DNA of 64,000 nucleotides from Elsinoe ampelina. Its lineage: Eukaryota. Shown here in pieces: positions 46,514 through 59,233 of the stretch. The stretch's first letter is position 1. The number at the start of each line of letters is the position of its first letter. Position numbers and translations under genes: made by a program. Location: NCBI GenBank assembly GCA_010093995.1, contig ML992501.1, forward strand, positions 3,058,489 to 3,122,488, in the 5' to 3' direction. The notes beneath the pieces were generated by a model. The model saw only the letters and a program-made list of their open reading frames with translations. It did not search any database and had not been told where the DNA came from.

Positions 46514-46569
46514 ACAAACGAGGCAAGCAATACTGGACCACAAACAAGGCAAGCAATACTGGACGACAA
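46514..46569. repeat. Short direct tandem duplication (26-nt period, 2 copies)
   Basis: acaaac(g/a)aggcaagcaatactggac occurs twice back to back. Confidence 0.8.
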
Positions 46570-48985
46570 TCCTTATTATCTGCCGCAAATCGTTCCAATC
46601 AGGTACATGCGATCGAGCCACAGCACCGCGGACATTCTGGAATGCTCTGTAGTTATGGAATGGTACATGTAGGGCGTTTATGCCCGCGTCAGGTAGTGGT
46701 TGCGCACCAGAAACACGTCAGTCCGTACTCTGCTTGCTATTTGTTGAGAAGTGCGACATTCCTCGGACTTGGCGTACTATAGAAACCATAAATGGTGAGG
46801 GCTGCTATCTGTCCCGATGCGTTTCACTCTCATCACGCTCCTGGTCCATTGCAGTCATTCAAAAGCTGAATCAAGCGCAGTCCTCGACTCGCGTCTGTCT
46901 CTCCAGCCTGATCATGACGACACACGATTCCAAATCTTCTTCTTTACCGCGACAGCGTTTCAATTCGGATCTAGCATATAACTATGACCTTTCACCAGAT
47001 CCTATCCATTCCCTTCTGCAGCATATCTATCTACTTTCAACAAGGTCCTCCACTTCAAGCGATGGATGCTCCAGCATCTTGGTGGCCAATTGGGCTAGCC
47101 AGCGTACAACTAAAGCGACCGCACCAATGTCGACAGCTTTGTAATCTACAGAGCGTTGCCCCATTGACAGAGATGGCGACATTAAGAATCATTCAGAACG
47201 ACTCTCGATCGCTTCAGCTCTGGAAATGGTGTGAGTCTTCGTCTGATTGATATCAAACTTGAACTACCATCGACCTGTCCGGCTTATGGCTGGAAGTATT
47301 TCGAGCACAGCAGGATCTGAAGCCACACTAGCTAGAGTCCTCGGGCAGAGGTCTATCAGGTACGGTTGCTCGTATGCTGGCTGATCACGACGAAGGTGAT
47401 GCATCGCTGTCGCGTCAGGCTCCAATGCGTAGGCATGGAGAGGTACCAGAGGCCGACTTGATTCTCATCGACGATACTCCTCGCCACGACCCCAGACTTG
47501 AGGACATCCAAGTCCAGTGACAGTCCGTAAGGAAACATCACAACAATCCCATACCAGACAGACCAAGGAATCGTGGCCGAACTAAAATGATCGGTCACGA
47601 TTCCCAACCACATCCTCCGGTCACGGAACCACAAGACCAATCATCATATCGCCGACGACGAAAACAAGGGCGATGACACGGCCACACCAGAACCGTAACT
47701 CCAACATAGCCACGGTACAACAGTACCCCATCATCGGTCCTGTCAGAGAGGAAGGAGGCTCCGGCGGGGATGATGGGACCGCCACAAGATCACGAACTTC
47801 TCAGCAAGCGGGTACGAAACCATCCGCACCATTCATAGTCTGGGCACCCGGACCGCCTAGCGATACTGGTCGACAGGTCCTCACCAGACTCTTTCACAAC
47901 AAATAGGCCCACCTCAACATGCATCTCGGCAAAGCAATGAAGCTCTTCGCGTTTGACAACATGCGCCAACAGTCCGGTCCCCATTCCCACATGCGCCATG
48001 CTCAAAGCCGCTCGAGACCGAGACCATACCGTGTCAAGTATCTTGGTGACGCAAACTACGTCCGACATGTATCTCAGGACACCTCACCCATCAAGCGGGA
48101 CCAAGGGCCACCCGAGCGCATCAAGGCGACAACCAACTCTTCTCCACAGGAAGCGACCTCCCGATACTACAATCGCTTGTTCCTCCCGGTCAAGCTGGCC
48201 GACAAGCGAGGATGATCGCCACCACTGCCAGCCAACAGACACCGTAAGCCAACAGACATCGCCAGCCACGGTATACTGTACCACAACGCTGAGTCCTCAC
48301 CCTTGAATCTCTCCTTCCGAGGAGAAAGTTCCCGCCCGTCAGCACCGTGACGACAAGGACGATGAAGAAGAGGAATCGCCAGCGAGGGAGAAGCGTCGTA
48401 TGGAGTGATGCTTGACGCCTGGACGCATACACGATGACCCGGGAGATTGTATTCGGCCTGCACACCTGCAAACCTTCGTCACCAGGAATGTTGGCGGTTG
48501 TACCGGCGCAAGGATGGGGATCAGCAAGGAGATAGCATACATCCACTATCTCGAGAGCTCTTTGTCTAGTTGGAGCGGCGGAGACTGGGCCTTCAGTGTT
48601 CACATCACAACCAAATCGCATTGTCACAATGCCAAACGTTGCAATCATCATTACCATGAAATTCGTGACCGACATGTACATGAAGTGAAAACTCGCCTCC
48701 TCCCTGCCCTTGTCCCCTGCCTTCCATCCCCAGCCAGGCATTGAGCCGCCGTCTTCGCTTTTCCCTGTAGTATGTAATGCAGCACTCGTCAGCTTCCTGT
48801 CGTCCATGCTGACGTCGATACGAGGCGAAATCCTGCCTATGAAAATGGTGTACAAGAAGCCGGAATGTCCTAAACTATCGTGGTATCTGTCCTTATATGG
48901 CGTCGTGAAATGTGCATGGGATTATAGCCCTTCATGCTGTGGAAATGGTTGGAGATGGTGAACACATTGTGAGAAAAAGAGAAGC

Positions 48986-51643
48986 TCAGTGGCCTGTCAG
49001 CGGCGTGTTGGGTCTACTGTTGACCATCATGGGCATGGGAGGGAGACGGGGCAGTGGCGTCTCTGGAGGTGGTGGCGGAGGACCGAGTGCGACCAGCGGC
49101 ATGCCCAGGTCTGGGGGAGGGAGAGGACCTTCAGATAATGTTTCAGGGAGAGGTTGTTGGGCAGCGCCCTGTATGATGAACATGCCCTCGTCGTCACTAA
49201 GGTCCTCTGCGATGTCCTCAGGGGGCCTCAGGGGCCGGTGAGGTTGTGCTCGAGCAGTCGAAGGAATGCTGTAGTCCGACCTGGACGGACGGAGAAAGGG
49301 CTTGCGCTCGGTGGCAAGGATACGAGTATCTGGAGGTGGGTTGTTTGAGGCAGAACGCATCGTGTTCAGGAACGGTGCGGGGTTCGGCCTGACTTGCATA
49401 CTAGTTGGGCGACGTAACTTCGGCTGCTGTAGTGGCGAGTCGGATGGAGAATGACCAGCACCATAAGAGGTTGATGGTGGCGACGGCTGCTTCTGGTGTG
49501 CAATCACTCGTTGTAGATCAACTTGGGGAGGAACACCACGGAGCTTGAACGGCAGGCGCGGGGGAAGATTTTTAGGAGTTGACGAGGTACCGGTATCGTC
49601 CCTCGCGAGTACTCTATGTGCGGGCTCGTTACGCTGCACGAAGTGCGGTTGAGTGAAGGCGGATGGTGCGTTTGAAGTGGTGCTGGTAAAGGATGACTGA
49701 CTCGGCATGGCAGAGTGACGGCGGCGTCCAGAGAGTGTAGCACTTGGTGGATTTGGCTCAGAGGACATGGACAGCTGAAAAGCATGATACTCATCATTGT
49801 CCATCTTGCGGGTTGCAACACGTCCAGTCGACAAGAGCTTGGCTGGAGACCCGTATGTATCGACCAAAGGAGCCGGTGGTGGCATTGGCGACTGATTGTC
49901 AGGTACTGGCTGACCTGACTTGAGTCTTCCCAAACTGCTCACCGATCGTAGTTCCGGTCGTTCCTGTTGCGTCACTGGCGACGGTCCTTGATGCGAGGCA
50001 CGCTTCCTCATTCTGGCGACATGGGCGGCTTCTCGGTCGGACAAGAAACCCGTGGGCAACTCCGGTGACTTCATGAGACTATCCTTGCGCGGCGGGCCGT
50101 TTCCTTCGATCTCAGCATTCTCGAGCTGTCGCAGACCGGTCGGAGTCTTTACAGCGGATGTTGGTGTGAAGGGACGTGATCTTTCTACAGACGTCTTCCT
50201 ATCTGTGATGCCAAGGGATGGCGATGCTGCAGCTGTTGGGGAAGCTCTGTCAGGTGATTGGTCTGGTGCTCGGAGAGAATGTAATGATCGACGTTTGTGA
50301 CCCTCTGTCGACAATGCAGCACCGCTCTCTGAACCCTGGCGGGCAAGCATAACCTGACGATGATACATCTGTGTTGCAGTTGGAACCTCGGAGATTCGTG
50401 GATCGTACGTCAGCTCCTCGCCCCTGAAAGTAGAATTCGACCCGTATTCTTTTGCCGTCGGAGGGTCTCGGTTGATCTGAAGAGACTCTCTGGGACTGTC
50501 CATACGATCGACAGCTGGAGCTGGGAAGCCATAGTCTTTCTGGATCTCCATAGCACGAGGTGTTATGGAGCCGGTCAGTAGGCTCTCAGTAGGAGGAGTA
50601 CGTGCTCTAGGTGGTGATGAGGTCGGAGAAGGTCGGCTTTGACGTTGTATCTCTTTGCGAATTGCAAAGAGCCACTCCTCCAATTCTTTGGCAGTATCAA
50701 GGACGATCAACGTGCTCGGGATTTGCTTCTTTGGCTGACTGGGCTTCATGCCCAAACGGGAGAAGAAAGAGGGTGAATCTGGCCGAGCGACTTCCTGGAC
50801 GCTGGTAGACTCGGCGACCTGGACGGTGTAGGGTTTGCCGGGTACCAAGTCGGAGGCAATTGCGCATGTGTCTTTGGTGAGGCGCTGCAGCCTCTCGGGC
50901 AAGCGGTCTGAGCTTCCTCGATCCGCATACTGGAGTATGTAACCATTCTTGGTGAGTGAGAATATCTTACGCTGAAGCTGAGGGGTAGGTTGCGGAGGCA
51001 TGCGGCTGGATCTGCGAGAGGACGGACGGTCATACTGTTCGAAATCATTCAAGGTCAGGGCGCTCCCGACTTTCCAAGCAGGAGTACCCTTGGCTCCGTT
51101 CATGAGGCACGTGTGAGCAGGCCCGATCTTGACGGCTATGGAGAAGATCTTCTTGAAAGGAGGCGGGTGAAGCAGATCGAAAGCTTCAGCATTTGGTCTC
51201 GGTTGTCGGTTCGGGTCTTTTGGTCTGGAGACAATTGGTGCGCGAGGTCGTGAGTTATCTCTAGGAGATCCTGGTATTGCTTTCTCCAAACGTGCACCCT
51301 TCAGATCACCACGCGATTCGCGTCGCGAAGCTCTCAATTCGGGCTGCTCAAGAGGAGACGGAGTCTGCAATCCAGCTTCGGCATATCCGCGCGATCGCTC
51401 GACCTTTGGCCTGCTGAAGAGGTGAAAGAGAGACATTTTGGACGCCTGTTCATTGAGGTGCCGACCAGGGCCCGAGGGCCGGTCGAATCCCGGAGTCGCA
51501 GTTATGGTCGGATCGAGGTCCGGAGTGGCATTGAGGTGTCGCAGAGGAGGCAGAGGTTTGTTGAGCAGTTCCTGAACAGTAATCTCATGCTTGACGTCGA
51601 GAGAGGGAGGGAATTGTCGAGTGGAAGAGTCGTCGATGAACAT
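48986..51643 (-). CDS. PH-domain-containing Pro/Ser-rich protein
   Basis: Long single ORF; first in-frame ATG at 51643. PH-like segment RKIFSLTKNGYILQYADRG...LIVLDTAKELEEWLFAIRKEI; C-terminal polyproline motifs. Confidence 0.8.
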   Translation of the reverse strand: MFIDDSSTRQFPPSLDVKHEITVQELLNKPLPPLRHLNATPDLDPTITATPGFDRPSGPGRHLNEQASKMSLFHLFSRPKVERSRGYAEAGLQTPSPLEQPELRASRRESRGDLKGARLEKAIPGSPRDNSRPRAPIVSRPKDPNRQPRPNAEAFDLLHPPPFKKIFSIAVKIGPAHTCLMNGAKGTPAWKVGSALTLNDFEQYDRPSSRRSSRMPPQPTPQLQRKIFSLTKNGYILQYADRGSSDRLPERLQRLTKDTCAIASDLVPGKPYTVQVAESTSVQEVARPDSPSFFSRLGMKPSQPKKQIPSTLIVLDTAKELEEWLFAIRKEIQRQSRPSPTSSPPRARTPPTESLLTGSITPRAMEIQKDYGFPAPAVDRMDSPRESLQINRDPPTAKEYGSNSTFRGEELTYDPRISEVPTATQMYHRQVMLARQGSESGAALSTEGHKRRSLHSLRAPDQSPDRASPTAAASPSLGITDRKTSVERSRPFTPTSAVKTPTGLRQLENAEIEGNGPPRKDSLMKSPELPTGFLSDREAAHVARMRKRASHQGPSPVTQQERPELRSVSSLGRLKSGQPVPDNQSPMPPPAPLVDTYGSPAKLLSTGRVATRKMDNDEYHAFQLSMSSEPNPPSATLSGRRRHSAMPSQSSFTSTTSNAPSAFTQPHFVQRNEPAHRVLARDDTGTSSTPKNLPPRLPFKLRGVPPQVDLQRVIAHQKQPSPPSTSYGAGHSPSDSPLQQPKLRRPTSMQVRPNPAPFLNTMRSASNNPPPDTRILATERKPFLRPSRSDYSIPSTARAQPHRPLRPPEDIAEDLSDDEGMFIIQGAAQQPLPETLSEGPLPPPDLGMPLVALGPPPPPPETPLPRLPPMPMMVNSRPNTPLTGH

Positions 51644-52904
51644 GAAGAGGTGGAAAGTGGATCGCGGGGCAGATGAAATTGCGGTCGCGCCCAAGGCAGC
51701 CACGCTACCGTCGCAGGAAGAACTTCTCTTTGCTCGATGGCTGCTGTTCCAGAAAATGCTGAGCTTTAGTGAAACAGAACGCTGAGGGTCGTCATGTCAA
51801 GGTTGCTTCCTGACCAGAGTTGAGGATAGGTGGAGGTGGCTTTTGGACGAACAGGTTGTGGTGAAGTGAAGGAGTCAATGTCGCCCAGAACGAGGGCTGA
51901 TCGGTGGAAAGGCAGCAGGAGAAGATCAGGTCATGGAGAGCTGCAGCCCATGCTTTTTGCTCGCCTTCTGCCGAGAAGCAAAAGCAGATCAATTCACAAA
52001 TTTGGGCGGCGTGAGTGTGCTGCAGTATCTTAGGTTTGGCTCAAGCAAAAGACCAAAGGACGATCTCCCTCCGGCAATCTGCGACGTGCCGGCCCAGATT
52101 TTCACATCCTTTCCCTCCCCGTTCAGGCACCTTGAGCCGATTGATGGACAGAGCTGTGCTCGTGTTTCACACTTGTCACTGTTCAGGGCATGCTGTACTG
52201 TACAAGGATAGAGGGGCCAAGGGCATGTACAGTTGCTGCCAGCTGTCATGCAGCTTTACAAGCGAGAGGGGTATTGCTAGCTCGTCTCAGGTGTCATCGA
52301 GGTGCATAAACGTATCGCGGAACATGTACCTGCATGCCACACGTGCGCGCGACGTGTGGAAAAGGCGTCCATGTGGGGCGTGGGCAGAGAAGCGGTCCCC
52401 TTGCCAATCTATTCGAGACAGGGCAGACAGAATGATAATGCAGCCCGACATGAGTCGTTCCGGGCAAGACTCCCCCCAGTAGTGCATCCTTTGACTTGAC
52501 TGAACATGACATGTTGTGTGCAGAAGCAATAAAATGTTGTACTGTAGCAATGTGGCCTAGCTACAAGCCTGACTCGTAGCTGTCCGTTCTGTTGGGATCA
52601 TCGTTTCTGGCGCGTGGCTTGACCAGGGATGGAGTAGTGAGAGCGGTGTGGGCCAAGGTCGTTCGATACTCCGAAGAGGAAGGAGAGGAAGGTCCCGCAA
52701 AGACGGTCGTCTGCTCCTTCCTTGGTTCACAGCATCCAGATCCGGACAGATCCCTGCTTGGCGAGCCCTGACCCGATTCTCGCAGTGTCATGCGTTCCAG
52801 AGTTGACCACAAAGAAAATGGCTGGCGACGCATGACACTTGGTCTCCGATTGATACACGTTGTGCTTGAGGAAGATCAAAGTGCCACCGACGAGCAAATA
52901 CAAC

Positions 52905-53768
52905 ATGCCTCCGGATCTCAACTCGCTGCCGCCCTCGACGTCCCCGTCAACGCCCGGTTCTCCACTCTTGACGAACATCAGACGCACCTCGAATAACAAC
53001 ATCGTTGACCATCCTCCTTCCCCAAGATCGCCGCCTACAAACACCCTCCAAGCGACCGCAGCCATCAACGCAGGTCTGCAAAGAAACACGAGCAATACCA
53101 GACCCAGCATGTCGCAAGAAAGAAGGAGGTCAAGCTTGATAACTAGTCTGAACCTGAACAATACCGAACATCCAGGATCCACAAGTCCGCAGATACCAAG
53201 TCAGCCTCGGAGTCCTTTGATGAATACGGCGGATCCTCATCACCAGAGGACTCCGAGCTTGGGACAAATACACCAGCAGCTGGAAAACGAGCAAGAGGCG
53301 CAAGTGAACAGGTTGCTACACATGATTCGTGTGCAACAGGACCAGCTCACGGCATTACAAGGCGACGGTACCGAAGCAGGACTGACCGCAGAATCAACTT
53401 CGGCCGTGGATACCTCTGCGCCTGCTGCATCGAGCGACACGGCCCAGCGACCAAGCAGAGATTCAAGGTCACCATCCATGCCCAGGTCACCACTACAGCG
53501 ACCAACAACCATGTCTCGCCAGTCCTCTCGAGGGGTGCCTCTTCCTCCTGCACATGCAAGTAACGCAAGTTCGCCTTCGCTGCGACCTCTGACAACCACC
53601 CGAAGCCACGACGAATGGTCGATGGGAGGCGTGCGGGACGAAAGCTCCTTCTACCAAGCTGAGACACAGACACTTCAGCGAGAGAATCAGATGCTGAAGA
53701 TGCGCATCCGTGAACTCGAGCGCCAAATCGGGGACCTCAATAAGCCAGCCACCGAAACAGCCGGTTGA
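52905..53768 (+). CDS. Conserved-looking fungal coiled-coil hypothetical protein
   Basis: MPPDLNSLP start; HQRTPSLGQIHQQLENEQEAQVNRLL and DESSFYQAETQTLQRENQMLKMRIRELE coiled-coil segments. Confidence 0.8.
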   Translation: MPPDLNSLPPSTSPSTPGSPLLTNIRRTSNNNIVDHPPSPRSPPTNTLQATAAINAGLQRNTSNTRPSMSQERRRSSLITSLNLNNTEHPGSTSPQIPSQPRSPLMNTADPHHQRTPSLGQIHQQLENEQEAQVNRLLHMIRVQQDQLTALQGDGTEAGLTAESTSAVDTSAPAASSDTAQRPSRDSRSPSMPRSPLQRPTTMSRQSSRGVPLPPAHASNASSPSLRPLTTTRSHDEWSMGGVRDESSFYQAETQTLQRENQMLKMRIRELERQIGDLNKPATETAG

Positions 53769-56700
53769 TATGCTCAAACAGTATCGTACGATTCAACGAC
53801 CGCATTTCATAAAAGGTCGAGAGCTTTGCCATTGCCAGTCAAACTGCATGATCTTCACTTGCCAGCCCTTGGATGGTATATCCCGGAGTACGGTGCTGGG
53901 CTTCAGCCATACATGGCAGCGCTCTGGATCTGCCAGTCTTAGGCCTCCAGAATACATGCAAAAATCGCCCTAGTCTCAACATGACAGTGTCTCCAGCCGC
54001 TCACTTCGCGGTCTAGGGAACGTCCAAGCTGTATTGAAGTGGAGGCAGGGGGCCGCGCTCCTAAAACCCTATGCTCTTCGCCAATTTAGGCGTCCTGTTG
54101 TTGTAAAGGCGAGGATGAAGACAGGTTGGGCCCGCCAGGGCTGTCAAATCCTGCTTGCCGAATGTATCACGTATCCAGCTGTCCACAGCATCCTCCCGAA
54201 GCCTTTCAGGTCCAGCCAGGTTCACTTGCCCATACAATGAGATTGTATCGTGTTGAACGTTACAGGACCAGCTCCAGATTACGTTCAGGCTTGTTGTCGG
54301 ACTCTCTGCCACAACGAGTGCGGCATCTGTCTTTATGCTTCAATTGCTCTGGCCCAGGCCTATCCATACCGTAGCGGTCACGAAGCCGGAGAATAAGCTG
54401 TTCAGTGTACAAGGCCGGATTGCCTCGTCGCTGGTACCCTTCGATCGGTCTTGCTGTTCTGCTGCACAGATGCTCAAGCGATCCTTGCAATCACCTGTCA
54501 ACACGCAGGCGTCATACCAGCTTTTCCTCCATCATGCGCGAGGATGCGAGTCGATCATGGGTGCCAGCCCCGCCATTGCAAGCATGGGACGGTAGCTGTT
54601 GGCTCGTTCCAAGGCCTTTGTGCTGGTCAACAAAGCGCGCTGAGGCCGGTCTCGATCCGCGTCACGAACAAAGAGTCGTGCGATCCATCTTGTGAAAGTC
54701 ACTGCCAGTCAGTGTGAGGCTGCATCGGATGGGTTTGCAAACCAGCAGGCAGAGGTCCAGACTGTTGTTGACAGGGTCGGTTGGGTCGCATCGCCCCCAT
54801 CCACGGCTTCGGCGAGTTCGTGATGATGAAGACGGGTTCTTAGTCTTGCTCAGCTATCGCACAGCGGCCAACGCTTCGCATGCTCATGTTGTCAAGATCG
54901 GCAGGATGTGCACCCCAGTTCCTGCCGTTTCCTACCAAGTAGCCACTCACGCGGTCTCCCAGCTCTTTCCTGCACTGCGGCCGAAGATTTCCAACCTACT
55001 ACTAGCTCCCGGTTCATCTCTTGATTGGATATCGTCGTATGCGTGCCTCCTGCGAGACATTGTCGATTAGAGATGTCGGAGTGGGGGTGGCGATCGGCTG
55101 TTGGACGGGGAGCAGCGGTGGTCGCTTTCATGGTGATTGGTCATTGTGTTGGATGTAGCGTCTCGATCTGATACGCTTCTATTTCGCTTGGGGAACGGTG
55201 ATGATGCTTCATCGCTGTGGCAGTCGGAACTCACGCCCAGTCTCTCCAAAGACGTTGAGGTCGCAGAAACCGCTGGTGACGCTCGTCTGGCTGAAGAAGG
55301 TGTCAGCCGATTTGTAGCCGAGTTCGATGCTGTCCAAAGCTGTAGTCGGTCGACCCGGGTTAGGATGCACTTCTTGGCCGGCGAACATGGCAGTCGAGAC
55401 GTGGCGCTCTCCATGTATGGATCTTGCCGCCGTCCGCTATCTCTCCGAGGCCCGGCTAAGATAAACCACTTGAGACTGCGCTGTCGACTCGTCACTGTCG
55501 CCATGAATGATTCATTGCATGTCCTGCTGGTTTTCATCGACCGGGGATGCTGAAATACCTAGATGTTATGCAGATCAGCATACTCGGCGTCGTCGCGGTA
55601 CCAGCAGAGTGGACCAACCCGGCCCTGCCAGCTTTGAATGAAAGATCATGTCCGCCGAATGCAACAATGAATTAAGCATTGCATTCTTTGTCAAGATCCG
55701 CACTCTTGCTCAGCATTGACGTCACATCATCTCCTTTAGGGCTCGGATCAAGGCGGTCAGATCATATCAGATCAGGTCGGGGTGATTTGATCACTGCGAG
55801 TCTCTCAAAGGCGTCATTACGATATCACTAGACCCCATCTGCCTGTTCCTGGACGTCATTTGATGGCAATGGGCATGCCCCATTGCTCAGATACTATCGG
55901 GCAGCCGAACACGTGACCCTACATAGACTGAATTTGCGGCTGTGTGCATCTGTTGGATGGAGAGAGACTACCAGGCTTGGAGCCTTGTCTCATCACGGTA
56001 TTCACGCCGTAGGTCATGGACTCGAGGTCGAGATCTCAGGTACTACCAGGGGTATCATCACGCGAGGGGTTCGGAGACACAGGAGGCTTCATCGGGCGCA
56101 GTGGGCACCTTGCTCCTGTTCGGGCATTTCGGGCGTCCCCGCATTAGTTGTGGAATACTACCAGGTCTACGACATGGCGCTGTGTTGCGGGTTCGGTCTC
56201 GTATCAGATACCAACCCATGGGCATCGTACTACGAGGCTCGAGCCATCCTCCAATTCCCGCACCGAACCAGATTGTAACCGACCATACTCCTTGAGAAGT
56301 CCTACCATTTCGGGGTGTCAGGTCCTTTGTACGGGTTGAGGTTGAGCCTTGTAGATAAGGCACGGCCCTTCGATCATCCCTCGCAGAAGCCCTGCTGGAC
56401 GTATCGGGTGCTACCAGACCTTCCTCCCAGACGTGGCACGCCGATTGAGAATGCCGTCGGCCCCTGAGTGTATGGTGGAGGTACTACCAGACCAGCTTCC
56501 CAGAATGACCATGCCAACTCAGACTGCCACCTGATGCCCCTGCATGCACGCGAGGTCCTACCAGACCAGATGCCGCGCATCAAGTCTATGCTAGGCGTGC
56601 TAGTCTTTGCCGTGAACGTAGCATCATGACTGCCAGGCAAGGGTGGCAGCAACACGATTCAGGCTGAGGCGGCGATCAATGGCAAAGGCATCGCTCTCGC

Positions 56701-56974
56701 TGACACCCTAGTCTTGTCCTGCCAGACTTGTAGGGTGATACCAGAGTTGCAAGCAGGAGGACGACTTCGTATAATCGGGTTGGGGAGACCCGTCGGACTG
56801 AGTCTGAGACTACTACTGAGGTGGACCCGAGGTCAAGCACTGGCTTGTCGCTAACTGAAAGGGGCGACTCGTCGTCAAGGCAAGGCTTGGCACGCACTCC
56901 ATTATTTGGCTTCGCTTCTCACCCAACAAAGATCCCTTCTCTTTACACAGTAACTGTTCCAGCACACCGCCACC

Positions 56975-57685
56975 ATGACAGCTACAGCAACTGCCCTGCT
57001 CGATTCCCCGGTGGTGCTGGAGCAGTTACTGCTCAAACTTCCCGCAGGAGAACTCCTGCGCGCGCGCAGAGTATGTGCCTTCTGGAAAGGCCTGATCGAC
57101 CGCAAGACCTCACTCCAAGTGAGGCTGGGGAGAGCACCCCACCACGAAGGCGAGCTATACTGCCGCCGATTCCGCTGCGCGGCCAGGGGACGTACGGAGC
57201 CCCTGGTCACGATTCCCGTCGATATCGACGACTTCAACCCTCTCGTCATCCGCAGGGATGGCGACCGTCTCATCTACATCCCGGACACCGGACCTCGGGA
57301 CAACAGCAGATATGGCGCATACTACCGCGACTATCTGTACATATCATACCCCTCGTGCACATCTATCGGCATCCTCATCGCCGAGAGAGGTCTGGACGGC
57401 CGAGAATGGCGCCGTACCATCGAGAACGACACTGGCATCGACTGCTATGACATCGACAGCGACATCTCCTTTTTCATGTCCGACGTCGTTAGAAACTACC
57501 AGCCCTTTGACATTTTCATCCTCGGAGCCGTTCAGCAAGGCTACCATACATGCGACAACTGCCCTTGTAACGAATGCAGGCGCTACCCACATGGTGAGCC
57601 AGGCTCTCGTTCTGGACGATACGACGATCTCGGCGGACGCCAATTTGTCAACCGGACCACATTCACAACTATGGTGATGAGATGA
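56975..57685 (+). CDS. F-box-like protein
   Basis: N-terminal LLDSPVVLEQLLLKLPAGELLRARRVCAFWKGLI; FNPL motif; Cys-rich C-terminal CDNCPCNEC. Confidence 0.75.
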   Translation: MTATATALLDSPVVLEQLLLKLPAGELLRARRVCAFWKGLIDRKTSLQVRLGRAPHHEGELYCRRFRCAARGRTEPLVTIPVDIDDFNPLVIRRDGDRLIYIPDTGPRDNSRYGAYYRDYLYISYPSCTSIGILIAERGLDGREWRRTIENDTGIDCYDIDSDISFFMSDVVRNYQPFDIFILGAVQQGYHTCDNCPCNECRRYPHGEPGSRSGRYDDLGGRQFVNRTTFTTMVMR

Positions 57686-57854
57686 ATCCAGCCACGAGAC
57701 TGGATCACGAGATACCAAGTAGCAAAGACTACGAACATGGAGGAGCTGATACGGGATCACAAAGACATTGGGCAATAACATCAAGCACGAAGAACAACAC
57801 AGTGGCGAATGGAGAGAGCGTTTGCTATGAACGATCCGGGTGCAACACACAGGA

Positions 57855-58005
57855 TGAGAGCACATCAACCACATCAACGCCGACGAGAGCACGTCAATGG
57901 CGAGTAGCACACATCGAAGACGACGAGAACACATCAACGACGACTAGAACACATCAATGACGACGAGGACACATGAACGACGACGAGAACACATCACAGT
58001 CGACG
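57855..58005. repeat. 20-bp minisatellite (consensus cgacgagaacacatcaacga), about 7 degenerate copies
   Basis: Units are in exact 20-nt register from 57921 to 58004 (cgacgagaacacatcaacga / cgactagaacacatcaatga / cgacgaggacacatgaacga / cgacgagaacacatcacagt), with more degenerate units upstream. Confidence 0.88.
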
Positions 58006-59233
58006 GCAATACGGCGAATAATGAGTGTATGCGCGGATAGAGTGCGAAGTGGCGGCGGCGGCGTAATAATACTGGCGATGACCAATTGAAGTGTTTTCCC
58101 CTCCCCCAACATGACTGTCCTTCCAATATGTTAGTGCCGTGTGAAGTTGATTCGTTGCCCCTGCGCTGCGTTGTTTCTGTAGCTTACTGCAACACGACAG
58201 GGGTGAAGGTGGAGGTTACATCTCCCGCCTTATCGTGTGCGGAGCCGCACAGCCAGGTCAAGACAACCCCATCGATTACTTGCTTCTGTTGCAACATCTT
58301 TCCTCTCCTCGTTGGCGTCTACAAAGGACCGGACAAATCTCACACAGTGTCAATTTAATCGAGACATCAATACTACAAGTCTGCACTAAAGCGGCCGGCA
58401 TCCCGTCAGCAAAGATGCCAATCAATGGCGTGGTGGCAGGCGGCCCAACAGGACGGCCGAGAGCAAAGACTCTGGTTGACGAGATGATATCGGTACGTGG
58501 CAGTCCATTTCGATCTCTGCTGTTCAGAAAGTCGAGAACGAGGTCTTGAGCATGATATTCCCGGTCCGTGAGGATTTCCAGGACATAGCAAAGGAGCCTT
58601 CACATGTACGGCTACTGGCGGGCGACTCTTCTCAGCGCAAAATGAGGCTCTCCGACTCTCGGCGAGGCGCACCTGTAGGATCAATTCCAATTCTGCCCGA
58701 CACTGGCCCAGGGTAAAAGGCACGCGACAGCAAAAAGTCTGGACGGATTTGGTCTTCGGCAGAATTGACAGCGAACGCCATATATTACCAAACAGAGCTG
58801 CAGCCCGCAGTCAGGATGACATTCTCCAACCACGGCCAGCCGTTAATTATTGTTCATCTCTGCTCGGTTGGAGGTTGAAGGCGGGGAAGCACTCCATCTC
58901 GACTTGCCCCGGCTTCTGTCAGACCGCGGCAGTATCGACCCCACTATTTACCTACACCGTTGTAACAGCTGCCCGCTTGTCCGCAAGACCATTCGCTGCT
59001 CATATTGGACATCACTCGTCCTTTGCGACTTTTGACTGCGCCTAGAGACACTGAAGCGCATGAACGATACTACACACAACTCATCATCCCTCACGACCAC
59101 CCTCGCAAACATGCCTTCCACAGCCTGATCGACATCCACATCCACCTCCCCTCCTCGTTACACAAGGGCACGAATCTCGACTTCCGCAGCCTGCGCACTT
59201 TGGAAACATATACCCCTCTCACCATACCCAGCA

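Noticed and set aside
53800..56900. Several 80-156 aa ORFs as genes or a transposon remnant
   Set aside because: No transposase, RT or other domain motif, no terminal repeats and no AT-rich RIP signature seen.
57855..58005. CRISPR-like array
   Set aside because: Units are contiguous with no unique spacers, no cas genes are present, and the context is eukaryotic; it is a minisatellite.
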